A stretch of DNA of 64,000 bases from Mobula hypostoma (lineage: Eukaryota): assembly GCF_963921235.1 (NCBI RefSeq), contig NC_086101.1, positions 9,116,001-9,180,000 on the forward strand, written 5' to 3'. This document shows positions 35,091 through 47,600 of this stretch, in pieces (the first letter of the stretch is position 1; every line of letters starts with the position of its first letter). The position numbers were made by a program, and so were the translations under genes. The notes beneath the pieces are model-generated. The model saw only the letters and a list, made by a program, of their open reading frames with translations, was not told the DNA's origin and made no database searches.

Positions 35091-37882
35091 CACGATGTGA
35101 GAATTATTGATCCATTAATTTTAACTTGTTCACCGCATTCCTCAACGGAACAGAAACACTGCGGATTCAGCAGCAGCCGCGGGCGGCGGGTCCTGAGCTC
35201 CCGGGCTCCCCCGGGTGCTTAAGTCCATCGGGACTGACCGGGTAACCGGGACAAGTGGTGGTGGTGCTGAGTGGGAGAGGGAGGTCAGGGTGAATCTTGG
35301 TAACACGGGACATGTAATGGTGGTAACATGCAAATCGGCGGAGACTCCTGGCGTGTCAGGTAACATCTGTGGAGGGAAATGGACAGGTGATGAGTGGATC
35401 CAGGTGAGGGGTAATAGATGAGGGAGGGATGGAAATGTGTCAGATACTGGGAGGTGAGAGGGGTCAGTGACAAAGGGCTGAAGATTTTGGAATCTGACAG
35501 GAGGGGAAAGTGGAGGTTGGAGTAAAGGGAGGGAGGTGGGGAGGAGTGTGTGGGTGATGGGCAGATGGAGAGGGTGGGGGAGGAGGGGTTAAAATGATCG
35601 GGTGATGGGGCTGGTGATTCAGGAGGACAGAGACAATTACGTAGTAAAAGTGACAGGGAACGACTACCAGAAGTTTGAGAATTCAGTGTTGATGCTGTCA
35701 GGTTGACGATCACCCTGACGGAACATGGGAGCTGTTCCTCTAATTTACGAGACAAATAGAGCCGGGATCTCTACGTTAAATCAGATATTCATTTTTGAAC
35801 CCAGTTTATACCCAGGAATGCAGGAAAAACACAGCAGGTTGGTCAGGATCTGTGGAGAGACGAACAGGCTTCATGTTCCATGTCGTTGACCTCTCCCGGA
35901 ATTGATTCAAACACTGCCTGCTCTGTTGTGGGTTTCAAATAATTTCAGTTTTGTTGTAGTTCTTCAGCATCTGATTCAAGAAAAGATGGGAGTGCAGTGT
36001 AATTTCCTCGGGAAGGGGGATAAAGAAGAAGGAATGTGCTCGGAGAGGGGAGTGGACTATTGGAGAAATCGATGCTCAGGTTGGAACTACCCGGAGAGGT
36101 ACGGTGAAGGTTAGAGAGACGTGGACATGATATTTTGGAGCCGGAAGTGTGGCAATACATGCAGGCTGATCCCAGTACAATCCTCGGGCAGACTGTGTTG
36201 GCCATTGATGCAATGGAGAAATGTAAATGGTGAAGCCCCCTGTGTGTATTTGTGTGTGGTGGAGACAGAGAGAGAGAGTCTGAGACTTGCTCGGGGCTCC
36301 CCAGATAGATGCAGGGACGATGTTCTGGTAACGGGGGTGTCAGGATGAGGAGGCACAGTAAGGGGACGACCATTCAGAGGTGAATAAATGTATTTACCCA
36401 GCTCATAATCTAACAGGGCTCTGCACATTTACACATCAACTATGTTGAAGAGAGACATGGATAGAGTTTTCGATACAAAGGTTTATCCAGATTCTCCTGA
36501 AGCCCTTGAGCCCCGGTAACATTCCTGTGAATCTTGTCTGCACACATTCCAGCTGAATGTCATCCTTTCTACAGCTCGATGACCAGAACTGCACCCAGTA
36601 CTCTGAGTGTGGTCTCAACAATGTCTTGTCCAACTGTGACGTGACAAACTATCTCATGTACTTAATGCCCCGATCGATGAAGGCCAGCGTACCATACACC
36701 TTCTTCACTACACTGTCTACCTGTGTCTCTACTCTCAGGAACTATGTACTTGTTCCCCTGGGTATTTCTATTCTACAACACTCCCCAGGGCCCTGACATT
36801 CACTGTGTACATTCTGTCCTGGTTTTAACTTCCTGAAATGTGTCACTTTGCACATTTCTGTGTTGAATTCCTTCTGCCATTCCTTTGCCCAGATTCCCAG
36901 TTGATTGAGGTCCTGTTGTAACTTTAGACAGACTTCACTGTCCAACACATGACCAATTTCAGTTTCTGTGCCTGTTCCTGGGCTGTACTGTTCTATGTTC
37001 CCCGTTTAGAAGAATGAGAGATCTCAGCGAAACACAAAACTCTTTCAGGGCTCAACAGACAGGATCATGGAGGACGTTTCCCCTGTCTGAGGAGTTGAGG
37101 GTCAGGGGTCACTGTCTCAGGATGGAGTGAACACTCAGTGACTTCACTCGCTCCGGATCTTTTCAATGATTTCAAGTTCCCTGGCCCCGATCATCTTATT
37201 TTCACTATGGATGTCCAGTCCCTATGCACCTCCATCCACCAGCAGGAAGGCCTCAAAGCTCTCGCTTTCTTTCTGGACACCCGTCCCAACCAGTTCCCTT
37301 CCGCCACCACTCTCCTCCATTTAGCGGATCTGGTCTCACTTGCAATAATTTCTGTAATTTCCACCACTCCAACAGGATCCCACCACCAAGCACATCTTTC
37401 CATCTCCCCGACTTTCTGCTTTCAGCAGGGATCACTCACTACACGACTCCCTTATCCATTCGTTCCATCCCACTGAACTCCCTCCTGGCACTTCCAGGTG
37501 AGGCGACACTTCACCTGTGTGTCAGGTGGGGTCATAGACTGTGTTTGCTGCTCCTGGTGTGGCCTCCTGTATATCAGTGAGACCCGACATAGATTGGGAG
37601 TCAGCTTCATCAAGCACCAGAAAAAACTGGATCCCAGTGCAGTGGAACGGAGGGATCTGGGAATACAGATACAAAATTCCCTGAAAGTGTCATCACAGGA
37701 AGATAGGGTTGTAAAGAGAGCTTTTGGTACATTGGCCTTTATTAATCGAAGTATTGAGTATAAGAGCTGGAATGTTATGATGAGCAAACAACAGGAATTC
37801 TGCAGATGCTGGAAATTCAAGCAACATACATCAAAGTTGCTGGTGAACGCAGCAGGCCAGGCAGCATCTATAGGAAGAGGCG

Positions 37883-37920
37883 CAGTCAACGTTTCAGGCC
37901 GAGACCCTTCGTCAGGACTA
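37883..37920 (-). ncRNA. Minimal type I hammerhead ribozyme motif (GUU variant)
   Basis: Reverse complement reads UAGUC-CUGACGA-AGG(gucucgg)CCU-GAAA-CGUU-GACUG. Confidence 0.65.
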
Positions 37921-38212
37921 ACTGAAGGAAGAGTGAGTAAGGGATTTGAAAGCTGTAGGGGGAGGGGGAGATGCAAAATGATAGGAGAAGACAGGAGGGG
38001 GAGGGATAGAGCCGAGAGCTGGATAGGTGATAGGCAAAAGGGGATACGAGAGGATCATGGGACAGGAGGTCCGGGAAGAAAGACGGGGGGGGGGTGACCC
38101 AGAGGATGGGCAAGAGGTATATTCAGAGGGACAGAGGGAGAAAAAGGAGAGTGAGAGAAAGAATGTGTGCATAAAAATGAGTAACAGCTGGGGTACGAGG
38201 GGGAGGTGGGGC

Positions 38213-40734
38213 CTAGCGGAAGTTAGAAAAGTCAATGTTCATGCCATCAGATTGGAGGCTACCCAGACGGAATATAAGGTGTTGTTCCTCCAACCTGAGT
38301 GTGGCTTCATCTTTACAGTAGAGGAGGCCGTGGATAGACATGTCAGAATGGGAATGGGATGTGGAATTAAAATGTGTGGCCACTGGGAGATCCTGCTTTC
38401 TCTGGCGGACAGAGCGTAGATGTTCAGCAAAGCGGTCTCCCAGTCTGCGTCGGGTCTCACCAATATATAAAAGGCCACATCGGGAGCACCGGACGCAGTA
38501 TATCACCCCAGTCGACTCACAGGTGAAGTGATGCCTCACCTGGAAGGACTGTTTGGGGCCCTGAATGGTGGTAAGGGAGGAAGTGTAAGGGCATGTGTAG
38601 CACTTGTTCCGCTTACACGGATAAGTGCCAGGAGGGAGATCAGTGGGGAGGGATGGGGGGGACGAATGGACAAGGGAGTTGTGTAGGGAGCGATCCCTGC
38701 GGAATGCAGAGAGGGGGGGGAGGGAAAGATGTGCTTAGTGGTAGGATCCCGTTGGAGGTGGCGGAAGTTACGGAGAATAATATGTTGGACCCGGAGGCTG
38801 GTGGGGTGGTAGGTGAGGACCAGGGGAACCCTATTCCTAGTGGGGTGGTGGGAGGATGGAGTGAGAGCAGATGTACGTGAAATGGGGGAGATGCTTTTAA
38901 GAGCAGAGTTGATAGTGGAGGAAGGGAAGCCCCTTTCTTTAAAAAATGAAGACATCTCCCTCGTCCTAGAATGAAAAGCCTCATCCTGAGAGCAGATGCG
39001 GCGGAGACGGAGGAATTGCGAGAAGGGGATGGCATTTTTGCAAGAGACAGGGTGAGAAGAGGAATAGTCCAGATAGCTGTGAGAGTCAGTAGGCTTATAG
39101 TAGATATCAGTGGATAAGTTGTCTCCAGAGACAGAGACAGAAAGATCTAGAAAGGGGAGGGAGGTGTCGGAAATGGACCAGGTAAACTTGAGGGCAGGGT
39201 GAAAGTTGGAGCCAAAGTTAATAAAGTCAACGAGTTCTGCATGCGTGCAGGAAGCAGCGCCAATGCAGTCGTCGATGTAGCGAAGGAAAAGTGGGGGACA
39301 GATACCAGAATATGCACGGAACATAGATTGTTCCACAAACCCAACAAAAAGGCAGGCATAGCTAGGACCCATACGGGTGCCCATAGCTACACCTTTAGTT
39401 TGGAGGAAATGGGAGGAGCAAAAGGAGAAATTATTAAGAGTAAGGACTAATTCCGCTAGTCGGAGCAGAGTGGTGGTAGAGGGGAACTAATTAGGTCTGG
39501 AATCCAAAAAGAAGCGTAGAGCTTTGAGACCTTCCTGATGGGGGATGGAAGTATATAAGGACTGGACATCCATGGTGAAAATAAAGCGGTGGGGGCCAGG
39601 GAACTTAAAATCATCGAAAAGTTTAAGAGCGTGAGAAGTGTCACGAACATAGGTCGGAAGGAATTGAACAAGGGGTGATAAAACAGTGTCGAGGTAAGCA
39701 GAAACGAGTTCGGTGGGGCAGGAGCAAGCTGAGACAATAGGTCGGCCAGGACAGGCAGGTTTGTGGATCTTGGGTAGGAGGTAGAAACGGGAAGTGCGGG
39801 GTGTGGGAACTATAAGGTTGGTAGCAGTGGATGGGAGATCCCCTGAGCGGATAAAGTCGTTGATAGTGTGGGAGACAATGGCCTGGTGCTCCTTAGTGGG
39901 GTCACGATCGAAGGGTAAATAAGAGGAGGTATCCGCGAGTTGTCGCTGTGCCTCGGCAAGGTAGAGGTCAGTACGCCAGACTACAACAGCACCCCCTTTA
40001 TCAGCGGGTTTAATAATAATGTTAGGATTTGTGCGGAGGGAGTGGAGAGCAGAGCGTTCCGAAGGAGTGAGGTTGGAATGCGGACAAGGTGCGGTGAAGT
40101 CGAGACGGTTGATGTCCCGTCGGCAGTTGGCAATAAAGAGATCCAGAGCCGGCAGAAGACCAGAGCGGGGTGTCCATGAAGAAGAGGAGGGTTGAAGACG
40201 AGAGAAGGGGTCATCGGTGGGGGTGGAAGAGTCCTTGCCGAAGAAGTAGGCTCGGAGACGGAGACGGCGGAAGAAAAGTTCCGCATCGTGGCGAACACGG
40301 AACTCGCTGAGGTGTGGGCGAAGGGGGACAAAGGTGAGGCGCTTACTGAGAACAGAGCGTTCTGCCTCCGATAGTTGAAGGTCGGAGGGGATGGTAAAGA
40401 CCCGGCACGGATGAGAACTGGGATCAGAGGGGGGAGGGGGGAGGCTGGGGGTGTCAGTGGAGAGGGGAGGGTTGGGGTGAGAGGAAGATGGAGCCTCTGA
40501 GGGCCCAGGAGTTGACGGTGGGATCTGAGGAAGACGGGGCTGCGGAGTGGTGGTGGGGGAAGGGGAGATGGAAGTCACAACAGCAGCACATAAAGACCCG
40601 GCCTGGAGTTCAAGGCTGGAGTCGCAGTTGGTGGTTGCGCGATCGCTTTGAATGTGTCCATGGTCGTTGCTGGTCCGGGTTTTGAATATGTCCTGAGGTG
40701 TTGGAGCCGGCGAGATCAATGGCAGGGGCTGCAA
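38213..40734 (-). pseudogene. Penelope-like RT plus GIY-YIG endonuclease polyprotein, left arm (disrupted)
   Basis: IKPADKGG, FYLLPKIHK, GRPIVS, MDVQSLYTSI, MGTRMGPSYA, LRYIDD, Cys-rich linker CKRNKCYTC, VIYCVRCSRCGLLYIGET; TAG at 39487-39489 and a frameshift at the G8 run 38713-38720. Confidence 0.92.
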
Positions 40735-40791
40735 TCTGAAGGATTGGTGAGAAGCTTGCTTGCATTTATCCTGTCTATATCCCCCTCAGCA

Positions 40792-43173
40792 TTTATGTGC
40801 TGCTATTGTGACTCCCGTCTCCCCTTCCCCCACCACCACTCCGCAGCCCCGTCTTCCTCAGATCCCACCGTCAACTCCTGGGCCCTCAGAGGCTCCATCT
40901 TCCTCTCACCCCAACCCTCCCTCTCCACTGACACCCCCAGCCTCCCCCCTCCCCCCTCTGATCCCAGCTCTCATCCGTGCCGGGTCTTTACCATCCCCTC
41001 CGACCTTCAACTGTCGGAGGCAGAACGCTCTGTTCTCAGTAAGAGCCTCACGTTTGTCCCCCTTCGCCCACACCTCAGCGAGTTCCGTGTTCGCCACGAT
41101 GCGGAACTTTTCTTCCGCCGTCTCCGTCTCCGAGCCTACTTCTTCGGCAAGGACTCTTCCACCCCCACCGATGACCCCTTCTCTCGTCTTCAACCCTCCT
41201 CTTCTTCATGGACACCCCGCTCTGGTCTTCTGCCTGCTCTGGATCTCTTTATTGCCAACTGCCGACGGGACATCAACCGTCTCGACTTCACCGCACCTTG
41301 TCCCCATTCCAAACTCACTCCTTCGGAACGCTCTGCTCTCCACTCCCTCCGCACTAATCCTAACCTTATTATTAAACCCGCTGATAAAGGGGGTGCTGTT
41401 GTAGTCTGGCGTACTGACCTCTACCTTGCCGAGGCACAGCGACAACTCGCGGATACCTCCTCTTATTTACCCCTCGATCGTGACCCCACTAAGGAGCACC
41501 AGGCCATTGTCTCCCACACTATCAACGACTTTATCCGCTCAGGGGATCTCCCATCCACTGCTACCAACCTTATAGTTCCCACACCCCGCACTTCCCGTTT
41601 CTACCTCCTACCCAAGATCCACAAACCTGTCTGTCCTGGCCGACCTATTGTCTCAGCTTGCTCCTGCCCCACCGAACTCGTTTCTGCATACCTCGACACT
41701 GTTTTATCACCCCTTGTTCAATCCCTTCCGACCTATGTTCGTGACACTTCTCACGCTCTTAAACTTTTCGATGATTTTAAGTTCCCTGGCCCCACCGCTT
41801 TATTTTCACCATGGATGTCCAGTCCTTATATACTTCCATCCCCCATCAGGAAGGTCTCAAAGCTCTACGCTTCTTTTTGGATTCCAGACCTAATTAGTTC
41901 CCCTCTACCACCACTCTGCTCCGTCTAGCGGAATTAGTCCTTACTCTTAAGAATTTCTCCTTTTGCTCCTCCCATTTCCTCCAAACTAAAGGTGTAGCTA
42001 TGGGCACCCGTATGGGTCCTAGCTATGCCTGCCTTTTTGTTGGGTTTGTGGAACAATCTATGTTCCGTGCCTATTCTGGTATCTGTCCCCCACTTTTCCT
42101 TCGCTACATCGACGACTGCATTGGCGCTGCTTCCTGCACGCATGCAGAACTCGTTGACTTTATTAACTTTGCCTCCAACTTTCACCCTGCCCTCAAGTTT
42201 ACCTGGTCCATTTCCGATACCTCCCTCCCCTTTCTAGATCTTTCTGTCTCTGTCTCTGGAGACAGCTTATCCACTGATGTCTACTATAAGCCTACTGACT
42301 CTCACAGCTATCTGGACTATTCCTCTTCTCACCCTGTCTCTTGCAAAAATGCCATCCCCTTCTCGCAATTCCTCCATCTCCGCCGCATCTGCTCTCAGGA
42401 TGAGGCTTTTCATTCTAGGACGAGGGAGATGTCTTCATTTTTTAAAGAAAGGGGCTTCCCTTCCTCCACTATCAACTCTGCTCTTAAACGCATCTCCCCC
42501 ATTTCACGTACATCTGCTCTCACTCCATCCTCCCACCACCCCACTAGGAATAGGGTTCCCCTGGTCCTCACCTACCACCCCACCAGCCTCCGGGTCCAAC
42601 ATATTATTCTCCGTAACTTCCGCCACCTCCAACCGGATCCTACCACTAAGCACATCTTTCCCTCCCCCCCCTCTCTGCATTCCGCAGGGATCGCTCCCTA
42701 CACAACTCCCTTGTCCATTCGTCCCCCCCCCATCCCACCCCACTGATCTCCCTCCTGGCACTTATCCGTGGAAGCGGAACAAGTGCTACACATGCCCTTA
42801 CACTTCCTCCCTTACCACCATTCAGGGCCCCAAACAGTCCTTCCAGGTGAGGCATCACTTCACCTGTGAGTCGACTGGGGTGATATACTGCGTCCGGTGC
42901 TCCCGATGTGGCCTTTTATATATTGGTGAGACCCGACGCAGACTGGGAGACCGCTTTGCTGAACATCTACGCTCTGTCCGCCAGAGAAAGCAGGATCTCC
43001 CAGTGGCCACACATTTTAATTCCACATCCCATTCCCATTCTGACATGTCTATACACGGCCTCCTCTACTGTAAAGATGAAGCCACACTCAGGTTGGAGGA
43101 ACAACACCTTATATTCCGTCTGGGTAGCCTCCAACCTGATGGCATGAACATTGACTTCTCTAACTTCCGCTAG
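40792..43173 (+). pseudogene. Penelope-like RT plus GIY-YIG endonuclease polyprotein, right arm (disrupted)
   Basis: Same motifs as the left arm; TAG at 41895-41897; frameshifts near 41790, 42664-42671 and ~42725. Confidence 0.92.
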
Positions 43174-43468
43174 GCCCCACCTCCCCCTCGTACCCCAGCT
43201 GTTACTCATTTTTATGCACACATTCTTTCTCTCACTCTCCTTTTTCTCGCTCTGTCCCTCTGAATATACCTCTTGCCCATCCTCTGGGTCACCCCCGCCC
43301 CCCTGTCTTTCTTCCCGGACCTCCTGTCCCATGATCCTCTCGTATCCCCTTTTGCCTATCACCTGTCCAGCTCTCGGCTCTATCCCTCCCCCTCCTGTCT
43401 TCTCCTATCATTTTGCATCTCCCCCTCCCCCTCCAGCTTTCAAATCCCTTACTCACTCTTCCTTCAGT

Positions 43469-43506
43469 TAGTCCTGACGAAGGGTCTCGGCCTGAAACGT
43501 CGACTG
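43469..43506 (+). ncRNA. Minimal type I hammerhead ribozyme motif in the PLE 3' UTR
   Basis: UAGUC (43469-73), CUGACGA (43474-80), AGG/CCU stem II, GAAA (43494-97), CGUC^ (predicted cleavage after 43501), GACUG (43502-06). Confidence 0.78.
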
Positions 43507-44680
43507 CGCCTCTTCCTATAGATGCTGCCTGGCCTGCTGCGTTCACCAGCAACTTTGATGTTTGATGTTATGATGAGGTTGTATAAGGCATTGGTGAGGC
43601 CGAATCTGGAGAATTGTGTTCAGTTTTGGTCACCAAATTACAGGAAGGATATAAATAAGGTTGAAAGAGTGCAGAGAAGGTTTACAAGGATGTTGGCGGG
43701 ACTTGAGAAACTCAGTTACAGAGAAAGGTTGAATAGGTTAGGACTTTATTCCCTGGAGCGTAGAAGAATGAGGGGAGATTTGATAGAGGTATATAAAATT
43801 ATGATGGGTATAGATAGAGTGAATGCAAGCAGGCTTTTTCCACTGAGGCAAGGGGAGAAAAAAACCAGAGGACATGGGTTAAGGGTGAGGGGGGGAAAGT
43901 TTAAAGGGAACATTAGGGGGGGCTTTTTCACACAGAGAGTGGTGGGAGTATGGAATGAGCTGCCAGACGAGGTGGTAAATGTGGGTTCTTTTTTAACATT
44001 TAAGAATAAATTGGACAGATACATGGATGGGAAGTGTATGGAGGGATATGGTCCGTGTGCAGGTCAGTGGGACTAGGCAGAAAATGGTTCGGCACAGCCA
44101 AGAAGGGCCAAAGGGCCTGTTTCTGTGCTGTAGTTTCTATGGTTCCAGTAGCCACTCATTTTAATTCCACTGCCTATTCCCATACGTCCATCGAGGGCCT
44201 CCTCTACTGTCGCGATGAGGCCACGCTCAGTTGGAGGAGCAATATCTTTTATTCCATCTGGGTAGCATCCAACCTGATGGCATGAACGTCGACTTATCGA
44301 ACTTCCAGTAATGGCCACCCCTCCTTCACCATTTCCCGTGCCCATTTTCCCTCTCTCACTTTATCTCCTTGCCTGTCCATCACCTCCCTCTGGTGCTCCT
44401 CCCACTTTTCTTCCATGGCCTTCTGTTCTCTCCTGTAGGACTCACCCTTCCCCAGTCCTGGATCTCTTTCACCCAATCACCTTCCCAGCTTCTGGTTTCA
44501 CCGATCACCTCGTGTTTTTCCCCCCCGCCCCCCCCCCCCACCTTTTAACTGTGATTCCTCATGTTTTTTTCTCCAGCCCTGCTGAAGAGCTTTGGCCTGA
44601 AACGTCGACTGTACTTTTTCTCGTAGATGCTGCCTGCCCTGCTGAGTTCCTCCAGTATTTTGTCTGTGTTGCTTGGATTG

Positions 44681-47600
44681 AATTGAATCGACTTTATTTC
44701 TTACATCCTTCACATACATGAGGAGCAAAAATCTTTACATTACCTCTCCATCGAAATGTGCAATCATAGTAATTTATAATAAATAGAACAGTCAGTGTAA
44801 CACAGAAATACACTCAGATCAGTGTGAGTTAATCAGTCTGATGGTCCAGTGGAAGAAGCTGTACCGGAGCCTGTTGGTTCTGGCTTTTATGCTGCGGTAC
44901 CATTTCCCGGATGGTAGCAGCTGGAATAGATTGTGGTTGGGGTGACTTGGGTCTCCAATGATCCGACGGGCCTTTTTTACACACCTGTCATTGTAAATGT
45001 CCTGAATCATGGGAAGTTCACAAGTACGGATGTGCTGGGCTGTTGGCACCACTCTCTGCAGAATCCTGCGATTACGGGAGGTACAGTTCCCATACCGGTC
45101 AGGATGCTCTCAGTTGTGCCCCTGTAGAAAGTACTTAGGATCTGGGGGCCCATACCGAACTTCCTCAACCGTCTGAGGTGAAAGAGGTGGCTGTTGTGCA
45201 TTTTTCACCACACAGCTGGTGTGTACAGACCACGTGAGGTCCTCGGTGATATGGATGCCGAAGAACTTGAAGCTGTTCACCCTCTCAAACCCAGATCCAT
45301 TGATGTCAATATGGGTTAGCTCGTCTCCATTCCTCCTGTAATCCACAACCAGCTCCTTTGTTTTTGCGACATTGAGGAAGAGGTTGTTTTCTTGACACCA
45401 CTGAACATAGAACATAGAATAGTACAGCACAGTACAGGCCCTTCGGCCCACAATGTTGTGCCGACCCTCAAACTCTGCCTCCCGTATAAGCCCCCACCTT
45501 AAATTCCTCCATATACCTGTCTAGTAGTCTCTTAAACTTCACTAGTGTATCTGCCTCCACCACTGACTCAGGCAGGGCATTCCACGCACCAACCACTCTT
45601 TGAGTAAAAAACCTTCCTCTAATATCACCCTTGAACTTTCCACCCCTTACCTTAAAGCCATGTCCTCTTGTATTGAGCAGTGGTGCCCTGGGGAAGAGAC
45701 GCTGGCTATCCACTCTATCTATTCCTCTTATTATCTTGTACACCTCTATCATGTCTCCTCTCATCCTCCTTCTCTCCAAAGAGTAAAGCCCTAGCTCCCT
45801 TAATCTCTGATCATAATGTATACTTTCTAAACCAGGTAGCATCCTGGTAAATCTCCTCTGTACCCTTTCCAATGCTTCCACATCCTTCCTATAGTGAGGT
45901 GAACAGAACTGGACACAGTACTCCAAGTGTGGCCTAACCAGAGTTTTATAGAGCTGCATCATTACATCGTGACTCTTAAACTCTATCCCTCGACTTATGA
46001 AAGCTAACACCCATAAGCTTTCTTAACTACCCTATCCACCTGTGAGGCAACTTTCAGGGATCTGTGGACATGTACCCCGAGATCCCTCTGCTCCTCCACA
46101 CCACCAAGTATACTACCATTTACTTTGTACTCTGCCTTGGAGTTTGTCCTTCCAAAGTGTACCACCTCACATTTCTCCGGGTTGAACTCCATCTGCCACT
46201 TCTCAGCCCACTTCTGCATCCTATCAATGTCTCTCTGCAATCTTTGACAATCCTCTACACTATCTACCTTTGTGTCATCTGCAAACTTGCCAACCCACCC
46301 TTCTACCCCCACATCCAGGTCGTTAATAAAAATCACGAAAAGTAGAGGTCCCAGAACAGATCCTTGTGGGACACCACTAGTCACAATCTTCCAATATGAA
46401 TGTACTCCCTCCACCACCACCCTCTGCCTTCTGGAGGCAAGTCAATTCTGAATCCACCTGGCCAAACTTCCCCGGATCCCATGCCTTCTAACTTTCTGGA
46501 TAATCCGACCATGTGGAACCTTGTCAAATGCCTTACTAAAATCCATATAGATCACATCCATTGCACTACCCTCATCTATATGCCTGGTCACCTCCTCAAA
46601 GAACTCTATCAGGCTTGTTAGACACGATCTGACCTTAACAAAGCCATGCTGACTGTCCCCGATCAGACCATGATTCTCTAAATGCCTATAGATCCTATCT
46701 CTAAGAATCTTTTCCAACAGCTTTCCCACCACAGACGTAAGGCTCACCGGTCTATAATTACCCAGACTATCCCTACTAACTTTTTTGAACAAGGGGACAA
46801 CATTCGCCTCCCTCCACTCCTCCGGTACCATTCCTGTGGACAACGAGGACATAAAGATCCTAGCCAGAGGCTCAGCAATCTCTTCTCTCACCTCGTGGAG
46901 CAGCCTGGGGAATATTCTGTCAGGCCCCGGGGACTTACCTGTCCTAATGTATTTTAACAACTCCAACACCTCCTCTCCCTTAATATCAACATGCTCACTC
47001 ATATTGTCCTCACCATCATCAAGTTCCCTCTCATTGGTGAATACCGAAGAGAAGTATTCATTGAGGACCTCACTCACTTCCACAGCCTCCAGGCACATCT
47101 TCCCACCTTTATCTCTGATGGGTCCTACCTTCACTCCTGTCATCCTTTTGTACTTCACATAACTGAAGAATGCCTTGGGGTTTTCCTTTACCCTACTCGC
47201 CAAGGCCTTCTCATGCCCCCCTCTTGCTCTTGTCAGAGAGATGCTTTCCTACCTGTAGGCCCCCTCGTTATTGTTTGAGATTAGGCCAATCAATGTAGTG
47301 TTGTCGGCAAATTTAATTAGCAGATTAGAGCTGTGGGTGGCGACACAGCCCTGAGGAGCTCCTGCATTGAGAGTCAGAGGGGTGTAGGTGAGGGAGCCCA
47401 CTCTTAACACCTGCTGGCGATCTGACAGGAAGTCCAGGATCCAGCTGCACAAGGCCGAGGTCTCTGAGCTTCCTGTCGAGGCTGGAGGGAATTATGGTGT
47501 TGAATGCTGTAGTCCAAGAACAGCATTCTCACATAAGCATCCCTCTTCTACAGATATGTAAGGACGGTATGTAGGGCAGTGGCTATTGCATCGTCTGTTG

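Larger units (their letters stand above)
37785..43564. mobile_element. Young 5.8-kb palindromic Penelope-like (Neptune-type) insertion: two head-to-head 5'-truncated copies
   Basis: Inverted arms ~37828-40594 and 40792-43561 with a ~200-bp spacer; 13-bp TSD ATGTTATGATGAG at 37772-37784 and 43565-43577. Confidence 0.93.
37638..44143 (+). mobile_element. 5'-truncated CR1 split by the palindromic PLE (37638-37784 plus 43565-44143)
   Basis: The reading KSWNVMM|RLYKALVRP is continuous across the insertion; tail tttctatggtt near 44140. Confidence 0.88.
37139..44680 (+). mobile_element. Older Penelope-like copy split into ~37139-37637 and ~44144-44680 by later insertions
   Basis: Left piece FTMDVQSL...RPNQFPS and CVCCSWCGLLYISET; right piece resumes PVATHFNS... 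and ends in the PLE 3' UTR with a decayed hammerhead (~44575-44610). Confidence 0.8.

Noticed and set aside
40648..40791. N-terminus of the 426-aa ORF as a genuine PLE start
   Set aside because: This part is the antisense of the left arm plus junction sequence; true sense homology begins at ~40792.
37785..43564. Prokaryotic-type RT system (retron, DGR, group II intron), or a DNA transposon with long TIRs
   Set aside because: The motifs (DKG, GxxMG, YIDD, C-terminal GIY-YIG) are diagnostic of Penelope-like elements. The context is a spliced vertebrate locus and there is no transposase.
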